From: Anaerolineales bacterium
GTDB taxonomy: Bacteria > Chloroflexota > Anaerolineae > Anaerolineales > UBA4823
NCBI GenBank assembly: GCA_016929095.1
Contig: JAFGJM010000002.1
Coordinates: 233,580 to 297,579, forward strand
DNA: 64,000 bases
Reading direction: 5' to 3'
Made by a program: the position numbers and the translations under genes. Shown piece by piece: positions 55,864 through 64,000 of this stretch. Below the pieces are notes generated by a model. The model was not told the DNA's origin. It worked only from the letters and a program-made list of their open reading frames with translations, and made no database searches. Numbering within the stretch: the first letter of the stretch is position 1; each line of letters opens with the position of its first letter.

Positions 55864-56580
55864 ATGGCAACTATGAAAAATATAAAGAAAACAGCAGGCA
55901 TTATTGGCGGCATCGCGCCGGAATCGACCATCGCTTATTATCGCTTGATCATTTCCGGATTTCGCCAAATCGTAAAGGATGGCAGTTATCCATCGATCCT
56001 AATAAACAGCATTGATATGAAGAAGATGCTGGATTTAATCGGCGCAGACCGATTGGGAGATGTCACGCAATATCTATTGGATGAAATCAAAAAATTAGCC
56101 AAGGCCGGAGCCGATTTTGGTATTTTGGCTTCCAACACCCCCCATATCGTTTTCGATGATCTGCAACGGCAATCTCCCATTCCGTTAATCAGCATCGTTG
56201 ATGTTACCTATGAAGCCTGTCATCATCTGGGATTGAAAAAAGTTGGCTTATTCGGAACACGCTTCACCATGCAGGGACCATTTTATCCGCAAGTATTCAA
56301 TAAACGCGGCATCTCCATCATCGTTCCCGCCATAGAAAATCAGGATTATATCCACAATAAATACATGGGCGAACTTGTGAATGGTGTGTTCTTACCCGAA
56401 ACCCGCCAAATGTTGTTATCCATTGTCGAGCAGTTGCAAACCCGAGAAGACATTCAAGGCTTGATCCTGGGCGGTACGGAATTGCCCCTGATATTAACCG
56501 AGGATACATACGGCGGAATTCCGTTTTTTGATACCACAAAGTTGCATGTAGCTCAAATTATCGAGGAAATGCTGAAATGA
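55864..56580 (+). CDS. Aspartate/glutamate racemase family protein
   Basis: GIIGGIAPESTIAYY, ILASNTPH and LILGGTELPL segments match the Asp/Glu/hydantoin racemase family. 238 aa. Confidence 0.8.
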   Translation: MATMKNIKKTAGIIGGIAPESTIAYYRLIISGFRQIVKDGSYPSILINSIDMKKMLDLIGADRLGDVTQYLLDEIKKLAKAGADFGILASNTPHIVFDDLQRQSPIPLISIVDVTYEACHHLGLKKVGLFGTRFTMQGPFYPQVFNKRGISIIVPAIENQDYIHNKYMGELVNGVFLPETRQMLLSIVEQLQTREDIQGLILGGTELPLILTEDTYGGIPFFDTTKLHVAQIIEEMLK

Positions 56581-56739
56581 AAACCCCGGTGTATATTATC
56601 GGGTTCTTTATGATACCCAAAAGCTATATCGAGACGTGAATCATACACCGGTTTTTTTCAATATCAGGAGCAACGCCCATGATCGCTCCTGCGATACTAT
56701 GCTGTTTTTTTGAATGCCTCTTTCGCTGTTAAGTTGTCT

Positions 56740-57054
56740 TTATCCTTTCGCTTGTATTGCTAAGCGATCGACCTTGAAAGGCGCCAGGGAGACATCAGAT
56801 TCGTTTCCATCGATTAATTCCCCAACAATCTGCCCGGCTTTCGGACCAACGCAAAATCCTTGTCCATCGAAACCACAGGCGGTGTAATAACCCGTTACTC
56901 CGGGGACCTGCCCAATATAAGGCTCGCCATCCGGGGTATATTCCGTGATGCCAATTATGCCAACAGCTACGGATATACGGGAAAACCGGTTGCACTGTGT
57001 TTCCCTACCGAAAATACACATGGTTATGAAATCGTAAATCTTAAAGCCCTGCAA
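56740..57054 (-). pseudogene. Remnant (C-terminal about 75 aa) of an FAD-dependent oxidoreductase (DAO/DadA family)
   Basis: TPDGEPYIGQVPGVTGYYTACGFDGQGFCVGPKAGQIVGELIDG...FKVDRL is the conserved C-terminal end of DAO-family enzymes. No N-terminal FAD-binding part exists in the 250 nt upstream. Confidence 0.55.
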
Positions 57055-57519
57055 AATATGGTGGAGTTGTTAACCGTTTTTTTTACAAACCCATCCGAAA
57101 ACGATTGACCCGCAACCAATCCAAACGATATTCAACCCATCATCGCATTGATATAATTTTGCCAATCCACCTTATTTCTCTGCCGGACGAAAAAATCAAC
57201 ATATATACCCGATCACATCATTGGGTTTGTTTTTCCCCCGCGATTTTTGTTCAGAATGATATTCAGGTTGACACAATATCAATATGGAGGTAATATATTC
57301 ACTTAATAAATTTTGTTTTCATATATCAAATTTATTGATCCGGCTGGATATCTCATGAGCCCGTTGATCTGAAATCTGCTATTGATTTTTTTGTTTAAAA
57401 GTAATAAAACTACTCCTTGATTTGATTTATAAAAGGTTCCATATCCCAATACAACTTAATAAACAATTCACAATAAAAATATCCGTTATTCCCTGATTTT
57501 CAATTTTTGGAGGTTTAGG

Positions 57520-58737
57520 ATGAAAAATAATAAAGAGGAAAAAAATTCGAGTTCATTTAGCACAATGTCTATTTGGGCTGGCGAAGACAGTAAAGATTTT
57601 TGGCAGCGCTCCACCCAGGCACCAGTAGTTCATTCGGTCGCCTTCGGTTATCAGGACCTGGATGAGTGGTATGAGATCGCTATTCATCAGAAGCCAGGCC
57701 ATATATACAGCCGAAATACCAATCCAACAGTTGCCATTTTCGAAGAGAAATTACGCCTTTTAGAAGGCGCTGAAGCCGCAACAAGTTTCTCCACTGGTAT
57801 GGCAGCCATCAGCAACACCTTGTTTGCGCATCTTTCTCCCGGTGAGCGGGTTGTCTCTGTCAAAGATACATATGGCGGCACCAACGAAATCTTCCTGAAC
57901 TTTTTCCCCCGGTTTAAAATCGACGCCACACTTTGTGATACAACCGACCATGAAGCCATCGAGAAAGAGGTCGCTAAAGGCTGCAAAGTACTATATTTAG
58001 AGAGCCCAACCAATCCCACCCTCAAGGTTGTGGATTTGGAACGGTTAGCCAAAGCTGGCCATAAAGCCGGGGCTATTGTGGTCGTCGATAATACCTTCGC
58101 CACACCAATCAATACCAACCCTCTCCAATTGGGCGCCGACTTGGTCATTCACAGCGGTACTAAATTCTTGGGAGGGCACGCCGATGCATTGGCGGGGGTG
58201 GTATGTGGATCGAAAAAATTAGTTGAACCGATATTTCGCTATCGCGAGATAACCGGAGCCACGCTCCATCCCATGTCTGCCTACCTTATGATCCGTGGGA
58301 TGAAAACCCTGGCATTACGCATCCAGCAGCAAAATGAAAATGCCTTAACTATTGCCCGTTTCCTTAAAAGTCATCCATTCGTTCAGGACGTATATTACCC
58401 GGGTCTTGAAACCCATAAGAATCATGAGATTGCGAAAAAACAAATGCGCGGTTTTGGCGGAGTCTTGAGTTTCATTCTAGATTCCGATTTCGACGCGGTG
58501 CGCACATTCCTGCCCCGATTGCAATATGCCCACGTGGCAGCCAATTTGGGCTCCGTGGAAACCGTTGCCGGTCCCCCGCGTACAACCAGCCATGTTGAAG
58601 TAACCCCCGAGCAACGCGCGGCGATGGGAATTCCGGAAAGCCTGATCCGTTATTCGGTTGGCATCGAAGATGTAAATATGCTGATCGAAGATCTTACTCA
58701 GGCTTTGGATTACACATCGAAACAACACAAAAAATAA
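57520..58737 (+). CDS. Cys/Met-metabolism PLP enzyme (cystathionine gamma-synthase / beta-lyase / methionine gamma-lyase family)
   Basis: YSRNTNPT, DNTFATP and HSGTKFLGGH (PLP lysine) motifs. 405 aa. Confidence 0.85.
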   Translation: MKNNKEEKNSSSFSTMSIWAGEDSKDFWQRSTQAPVVHSVAFGYQDLDEWYEIAIHQKPGHIYSRNTNPTVAIFEEKLRLLEGAEAATSFSTGMAAISNTLFAHLSPGERVVSVKDTYGGTNEIFLNFFPRFKIDATLCDTTDHEAIEKEVAKGCKVLYLESPTNPTLKVVDLERLAKAGHKAGAIVVVDNTFATPINTNPLQLGADLVIHSGTKFLGGHADALAGVVCGSKKLVEPIFRYREITGATLHPMSAYLMIRGMKTLALRIQQQNENALTIARFLKSHPFVQDVYYPGLETHKNHEIAKKQMRGFGGVLSFILDSDFDAVRTFLPRLQYAHVAANLGSVETVAGPPRTTSHVEVTPEQRAAMGIPESLIRYSVGIEDVNMLIEDLTQALDYTSKQHKK

Positions 58738-58788
58738 AATATAATAGGGAATCAAAACATTTTACGTTCATGAAACAGGAGGTCCGTA

Positions 58789-59640
58789 ATGACAGAGCGA
58801 AAAAAAGTCACCCTACCATATTTGTTCAATAAAGTAGAAAATAATGAACCGATCACTTGGCTCACCTGCTACGACTATCCAACCGCATACTTGCAGGAGC
58901 AGGCTGGTATCGATATGATCCTGGTTGGCGATAGTCTGGCGATGACCATGCTCGGATACGAGAGCACATTGCCCGCCACCATGGACGATATGATTCGGCA
59001 CACAGCCGCTGTGCGGCGAGGCGCTCCAAATGTTTTCATTGTGGGTGATATGCCTTACATGAGTTATCAACCCAGCGTCGAAACAGCCATCCGTAATGCC
59101 GGGCGCTTTATGGCAGAGACCAGTTGTGACTCGATAAAATTGGAAGGCGGCGTCGAAATGGCGGACCGCATCAAAGGCATTGTGGATGCAGGCATTCCCG
59201 CAATGGGGCATCTGGGATTGACACCCCAAAGCGCAGCCTCTTTGGGTGGTTACAAAGTGCAGGGAAGAGCCGCCAAAACCGCCAAGAAAATTATCGATGC
59301 TGCGAAAGCACTGGAACAAGCCGGCGCGTTTGCTGTCCTGCTTGAGATGGTACCCGATCGGGTTTGCAAGATCATCACTGAACGGGCTGAAAACTGCATT
59401 ATTATGAGTCTGGGTTCCGGGCCAGATGCGCACGGTCAATTGTTGATATACCACGATTGTTTTGGGCTTTATCCTCGTTTTAAGCCTCGCATGGCAAAGG
59501 TGTTCGGTAATGCGGGCGAAGTAATCCTGAATGGTCTTCAACAGTACGTGAAAGAGGTTTCAGATAAATCTTTCCCGCAACCCGAAAACTGGTTCACCAT
59601 GAAAGATGAGGAATATGACGAGTTAATGGGGATGCTATGA
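58789..59640 (+). CDS. panB: 3-methyl-2-oxobutanoate hydroxymethyltransferase
   Basis: LTCYDYPTA, ILVGDSLAMTMLGY, VGDMPYMSYQ and KLEGG motifs. Confidence 0.9.
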   Translation: MTERKKVTLPYLFNKVENNEPITWLTCYDYPTAYLQEQAGIDMILVGDSLAMTMLGYESTLPATMDDMIRHTAAVRRGAPNVFIVGDMPYMSYQPSVETAIRNAGRFMAETSCDSIKLEGGVEMADRIKGIVDAGIPAMGHLGLTPQSAASLGGYKVQGRAAKTAKKIIDAAKALEQAGAFAVLLEMVPDRVCKIITERAENCIIMSLGSGPDAHGQLLIYHDCFGLYPRFKPRMAKVFGNAGEVILNGLQQYVKEVSDKSFPQPENWFTMKDEEYDELMGML

Positions 59641-60815
59641 GTTTCTCATTTGCGCAAAGAACCAAGCACTTACATCCCGAAGGGGCTTACCAGGTGCTGG
59701 CGCGTGCACAGGCTTTAGAAGCCAGTGGGCGGAAGATCATCCATTTCGAAATTGGGCAACCCGATTTCGAGACTTTTGCCAACGTACGCCTCTCCGGGAT
59801 TCGGGCTATCTCCGAAGGAAAAACCCGTTATACGCCTCCCATTGGTATGACCCCCTTAAGGGAAGTGATTGCTCAGGATGCCGGTCACCGGCATGGTTTA
59901 GAAATCCATCCCGATCAGGTTGTTGTCAGCCCCGGAGCAAAACCCAATCTGTATTTTCCCGCCATGGCATTGATCGAACCCGGTGATGAAGTCATCTATC
60001 CTGATCCCGGATTTCCCACATACGAAGCCATGATCCGGGTAGCAGACGGCGTGCCGGTGCCGGTACCCCTTGTTGAGCAAAATAGTTTCTCGTTTGATAT
60101 GGGAGCCTTCCACCGTCTGGTCAATGAACGCACCAAATTGATCATCATCAATTCTCCCGGCAACCCAACGGGCGGCGTGATGCCGCTTTCTGATCTGGAG
60201 GATATCGCAAATACAGCCCAGCGCTTCAATTGCTGGGTGATGTCTGATGAGATATATATGCGGATCGTATATGACAATGGCACAGCGCCATCCATAGCAA
60301 CTCTGCCCGGTATGATGGAACGCACGATCATCGTGGACGGTTTCTCGAAAACATATGCTATGACTGGCTGGCGTTTAGGTTACGGCATCATGCCCAAAGA
60401 GCTCGCCAATATCGTGCAATTACTTCTCACCCATTCCGTGGGTTGCACGGCTCAATTTGTACAATGCGCCGGTATCGAGGCATTGACTGGACCGCAGGAA
60501 GAAGCCAATGCGGTTGTTGTAGAATACCAAAGGCGTAGAGACGCGATCGTCGATGGTTTAAATTCTTTGCCAGGGATAACCTGTCAGAAGCCTGAAGGCG
60601 CATTCTACGTTTTCCCAAATATCAAATCATTTGGCAAAACAGCGTCAGAAATCGCCGATCTCTTGCTCGAAAAGGCAGGTGTGGCGGTTTTGCCTGGTTC
60701 TTCGTTTGGCGATTATGGCGAAGGTTACTTGAGATTGTCGTATGCCACTTCAATCGATAATATCCAAAAAGGCATCGAACAAATGAGAACAGTTATTGAA
60801 ACTGAGATGGGATAA
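59637..60815 (+). CDS. Class I/II PLP-dependent aminotransferase (aspartate aminotransferase-like)
   Basis: NSPGNPTG and SKTYAMTGWRLGY (PLP lysine) motifs. It shares a 4-nt overlap with the panB stop. Confidence 0.85.
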   Translation: MSFSFAQRTKHLHPEGAYQVLARAQALEASGRKIIHFEIGQPDFETFANVRLSGIRAISEGKTRYTPPIGMTPLREVIAQDAGHRHGLEIHPDQVVVSPGAKPNLYFPAMALIEPGDEVIYPDPGFPTYEAMIRVADGVPVPVPLVEQNSFSFDMGAFHRLVNERTKLIIINSPGNPTGGVMPLSDLEDIANTAQRFNCWVMSDEIYMRIVYDNGTAPSIATLPGMMERTIIVDGFSKTYAMTGWRLGYGIMPKELANIVQLLLTHSVGCTAQFVQCAGIEALTGPQEEANAVVVEYQRRRDAIVDGLNSLPGITCQKPEGAFYVFPNIKSFGKTASEIADLLLEKAGVAVLPGSSFGDYGEGYLRLSYATSIDNIQKGIEQMRTVIETEMG

Positions 60816-61482
60816 ATCAGATTTGAAAAAAGAGACTCATTCGATAAAAGCACCGTCCTGCGCTTATTGCGGGATCGTTGCCTGCGAATATGAACCGGGA
60901 ACACATCGTCCCCCCAAGTTTTGTATTTCCGAAGAAGAGCCATCCCTATTAGCAGAAATCGAAAAGCATTACTTGGATCACGATGAAATCCAAAAGATCG
61001 CCGTAGCCGCGGCGCAAACCGAGGCTTCCGGATATATGCAACGAACGCGCATCGAAGATATCATGGATTTCGCCCGCCGTTTAGGGGCAAACCGTATCGG
61101 ACTAGCGCATTGTGTTGGGTTGATCCATGAAGCTCGTCTGGCAACTGAGGTATTTCTAGCCAACCAATTCGAAGTACTTAGTGTATGTTGTAAAACCGGT
61201 TCGATCCCAAAAGAGAAAATTGGTTTGCGAGATGATGAAAAAATCCGCCCGGGAGATTTTGAACCTTTATGCAATCCAATTGCTCAAGCCGCGATACTGG
61301 AAAAATATGGCTCTCAACTCAATGTGCTCATAGGCTTATGTGTTGGGCACGACAGCTTGTTTTTTATGCATTCCCATGTCCCGGTGACCGTACTGATAGC
61401 AAAAGATCGCGTCCTGGGCCATAATCCAGCCGCGGCTCTTTACACATCTTCTTCTTACTATAAACGTCTTAAACCTAAATAG
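60796..61482 (+). CDS. Cys-rich metal-binding protein, DUF1847-like
   Basis: CAYCGIVAC...PPKFC N-terminal cysteine cluster plus internal CC/C residues, about 220 aa. The family assignment is from memory. The start is uncertain (TTG 60796 or TTG 60823). Confidence 0.5.
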   Translation: MKLRWDKSDLKKETHSIKAPSCAYCGIVACEYEPGTHRPPKFCISEEEPSLLAEIEKHYLDHDEIQKIAVAAAQTEASGYMQRTRIEDIMDFARRLGANRIGLAHCVGLIHEARLATEVFLANQFEVLSVCCKTGSIPKEKIGLRDDEKIRPGDFEPLCNPIAQAAILEKYGSQLNVLIGLCVGHDSLFFMHSHVPVTVLIAKDRVLGHNPAAALYTSSSYYKRLKPK

Positions 61483-61497
61483 AGTATCTTAAAAAAA

Positions 61498-61532
61498 ATA
61501 TGCCTGGTTTTTTCTCCAGGCATATTTTTTTC
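61498..61532. terminator. Bidirectional rho-independent terminator between convergent genes
   Basis: ATATGCCTGG-ttttttct-CCAGGCATAT, preceded by A8 and followed by T7. Confidence 0.7.
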
Positions 61533-61550
61533 TTGCATACCATTAATATT

Positions 61551-63053
61551 TTAACCAGCAATCTTCTTCGCCACACCATTAAGATTATGATTGGCTGCTT
61601 CAAGGTCATTGAGTCGTTTTTGTAAGCGTGCATTCATGGCAGCCTGGTGTTCGTCCCGCACCTTCAGCATTCGTGCTACTTCCACGGGTGCTGGTCCACC
61701 AATAACGGTACGTATGCGGACGTTTTCAACCGGGTCTAAAGTGCGTTTCACCGCTTCGGCAGGAATATTCAAAGGTTTGTGGATCAGTTCTACCGCCACC
61801 TCGTCGATCATCTCGGTTGTAATTTGATTGGCTTTCAATCCTTTAGCAATGGTATTCGCTACCAGGCGGCTGACCACCACATAGGAAGCATGAAAAGAAA
61901 GGTCCGATTGACGCACAATTTCATCGGCAAGATCCGTCATCGTACTAAAACCTTCCCGCGCCTTATTCAACATAACATCCGGTTTTACATGAAGGGTAGC
62001 AATAATATCAGCCATCACCGGCGCCAGGAAAACAAATCGCTCTACGCAATTAAAAACCAAAGCCTCGATGTAGGTAGGTTCCCGTCCATTTGCAGTGGGA
62101 AGCGCTTTTAAGACGCCGAATGCGGCATTGACGATATTGTGAGCTTTCACCACTTCCACCTGGATAATTTCCAAACCAACCGGGTTTTTCTTTTGGGGCA
62201 TTACGCTGCTTATGGAACAATACTGATCAGCCAATTCCACCATACCAAAATCGACTGTGTTCCACAATAACAGACTCTCCACCAATCTGCCGATGGTCGA
62301 AAAAGCAATGGCTGTATTTGTACCGGTTTGCATCACAAAATCTCGCCCGCCTGTGGCAATCAAGGAGTTTTCAACAATTCCATCACAACCAATTAATTCA
62401 GCGACACGCTTGCGGTCGACAGGAAAACCCGTAGTACCAATTGCGCAGCCACCCATGGCGCTGAGATTTACAACCGCGTATGCCTGTTCTAAGCGTTCCA
62501 CATCCCGTGAAAAAGCATCATAATGCCCAAGCAAAAAATGCACTAAAGTGATAGGCTGCGCTGCCTGCGAATGGTGGGTCTACCCCGGCATGACGGTTTC
62601 GATGTGTTTGCGGGATAGCTCGAGGAGTGAATTCATCAATTCGAGCAAAGATTTGACTGATGCATTGATCAATTCACGGCACTGCAATCGTGTTTCTGTA
62701 AGATCGAAATCGTTTCGAGACATAGCAATATGAAGCCAGCCGCCTACATCCTCACCCAAGCGGTCGATTAATATCATATTCAAGTTCAGGTATAGATCAT
62801 TCAACTCGGGATTTAACGTAATAGATTCAAATCCAGCCTCATCAATACGCAGTAATTCTTTTAATATCGCTCTGGCGAATTCTTTTTTAATAATGCCCGT
62901 TTCTAACAGCATAACTGCGTGCGCTTTTAACAGTATTAAATTAATATGGAATATCTTTTTCGCTTCGGCTAATCGGGGCTTTACATAAAATTCCGTAATA
63001 GCATTTGCCGGGGACTGCGATAAACGTGCATTGTACGCTTTATCCGCAGACAT
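61551..63053 (-). pseudogene. Argininosuccinate-lyase-family (fumarate lyase superfamily) gene interrupted by a single in-frame TAG
   Basis: The two ORF-track pieces are in the same frame. The reverse complement reads ...E T V M P G * T H H S Q A A Q P I T L V H F L L G H Y D, with the stop (62580-62582) at the conserved Tyr of the PGYTH motif. Family motifs SRNDFDL and SSVMPQKKNP are present. Confidence 0.75.
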
Positions 63054-63055
63054 AA

Positions 63056-63982
63056 CTAATTCTCCCTTACTTCTAAAATATTACCCAAAATAAACAATGT
63101 CTCGCCAGGCGATACCGGACAGGGATAACGTAATTGAGTTAAGACACCATCCGTTGGCGCCTTCACATTATCGATCGTTCGACCGTGTAAATCCGTAATA
63201 ATTCCGACAAGTTCACCCTTTTTCACATCCTGACCCGATTTTGTAACCGGATGGAAAAAACCGCTGTTTTTCGCGTGAGTTTCATCGCCAGCCATGATCC
63301 TGTAGTGCTTCGCAATATCCGGTTGACCTGGCAGCATCTTTAGATATCGCATTACATTCTTGGTTACCCCCATATGGACGGCAACATTTTCCTCTTTACT
63401 CAGCATGCCCCCTCCAGCTTCCACGGAAATCGCAGGAATCCCGGCTTCAAGAGCTGAAATCCGTCCTGTGCCTCCCCATGACCCGCCCTTCCAAACCAGG
63501 TCAAACCCGGTCGAGAGAGCCAGGTCCCATGCCAGTTTTTCAAAACCTTTTTGTGCAATAACCATATTTTTGATGCTGGCATAACCGCCTCCGCCGTGAA
63601 GATCAACCATGGCGGCGCATTTTTTAACCACTTCATTTAAAAATACATGGGCTATTTGTTGCGATAAAGATCCCTCTGGATTGCCCGGGAAAATCCGGTT
63701 CATATTTAGATGATCATAATGATTAATACGTGATAAATCCTCTAAAGCCGGTACATTAACTACGGGTATTGCAACCAAAGTACCACATAGCTCATTGGTA
63801 TTTAGCTCATGGGCTATTCGAATAATGGGATGCATGCCAGCATATTCATCGCCATGAATACACTCATTTACGCAAAGTATTTGCCCTGGTTTTTTACCTC
63901 GCACCAAAATAACAGGAATACTGATATTACTACCATCAACCCTTTGAGTAACTACGACTTCGCCATACGAACGTTCTCCCAT
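63056..63982 (-). CDS. Succinylglutamate desuccinylase / aspartoacylase (AstE/AspA, M14-like) family zinc hydrolase
   Basis: ECIHGDEYAG (HxxE zinc site), DLHGGG and 308 aa. Its stop lies 2 nt before the start of the lyase-family gene. Confidence 0.75.
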   Translation of the reverse strand: MGERSYGEVVVTQRVDGSNISIPVILVRGKKPGQILCVNECIHGDEYAGMHPIIRIAHELNTNELCGTLVAIPVVNVPALEDLSRINHYDHLNMNRIFPGNPEGSLSQQIAHVFLNEVVKKCAAMVDLHGGGGYASIKNMVIAQKGFEKLAWDLALSTGFDLVWKGGSWGGTGRISALEAGIPAISVEAGGGMLSKEENVAVHMGVTKNVMRYLKMLPGQPDIAKHYRIMAGDETHAKNSGFFHPVTKSGQDVKKGELVGIITDLHGRTIDNVKAPTDGVLTQLRYPCPVSPGETLFILGNILEVREN

Positions 63983-64000
63983 AGCAGCTTGGGCGTTACC

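Noticed and set aside
57300-57519. SAM riboswitch upstream of the Cys/Met PLP enzyme gene
   Set aside because: No S-box or SAM-II-like conserved core is present. The region is simply AT-rich with a short 9-bp inverted repeat.
57687-58148. 153-aa minus-strand ORF
   Set aside because: It is antisense to the Cys/Met PLP enzyme gene and is a shadow ORF.
58813-59541. 242-aa minus-strand ORF
   Set aside because: It is antisense to panB, and no recognisable family matches it.
1-64000. CRISPR arrays, transposases, integrases, prophage or defence-system genes
   Set aside because: I found no spaced direct repeats. The only tandem repeat (30572-30703) is coding. None of the ORFs shows transposase, integrase or phage hallmarks.

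Overview
This is a densely coding 64-kb chromosomal window with about 60 protein genes, one tRNA and one cis-acting ribozyme. I found no transposase, integrase, prophage or CRISPR signal. Gene content weakly suggests a Chloroflexota/Anaerolineae-like genome, which is a low-confidence guess.

Layout:
- 0-7.4 kb (+ strand): two trkA-like genes, then a housekeeping block of rpmH (absent from the ORF track), rnpA, yidD, a beta-propeller lipoprotein, yidC, jag, a PfkB kinase, parA and parB.
- 7.5-12.8 kb (- strand): an accessory cell-surface module. It holds a 1123-aa DUF11-repeat protein whose LPSTG sorting signal is fused in frame to a sortase domain, a GEVED-domain secreted protein with a non-LPXTG C-terminal anchor, and an untracked 51-aa ORF with a lasso-peptide-like leader.
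- 12.9-21.2 kb (-): selB, a coiled-coil protein, three polytopic membrane proteins (one NuoN/MrpD-like) and a D-hydantoinase/dihydropyrimidinase.
- 21.4-38.3 kb (-): a nitrogen-heterocycle catabolic island. It contains two fold-type-II PLP enzymes, a GT2, a BMP-family nucleoside-type ABC transporter, carbamate kinase, YgeW-like and PyrB-like carbamoyltransferases, a GntR regulator, adenine deaminase and a COG0402 deaminase. A promoter flanked by palindromic operators heads the enzyme operon.
- 38.4-50.6 kb: folD, glnS, tRNA-Gln(CUG), gltX, and rodA-minE-minD-minC-mrdA-mreD-mreC-mreB.
- 50.9-53.2 kb: a glmS ribozyme followed by glmS.
- 53.4-64 kb: a ZIP metal transporter with a promoter-overlapping palindrome, a methyltransferase, a probably truncated sulfotransferase-like ORF, a racemase, an FAD-oxidoreductase remnant, a Cys/Met PLP enzyme, panB, an aminotransferase, a DUF1847-like protein, an argininosuccinate-lyase-family gene broken by one in-frame TAG, and an AstE/AspA-family hydrolase.

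The most unusual item is the single-polypeptide sortase-substrate fusion and its neighbours.
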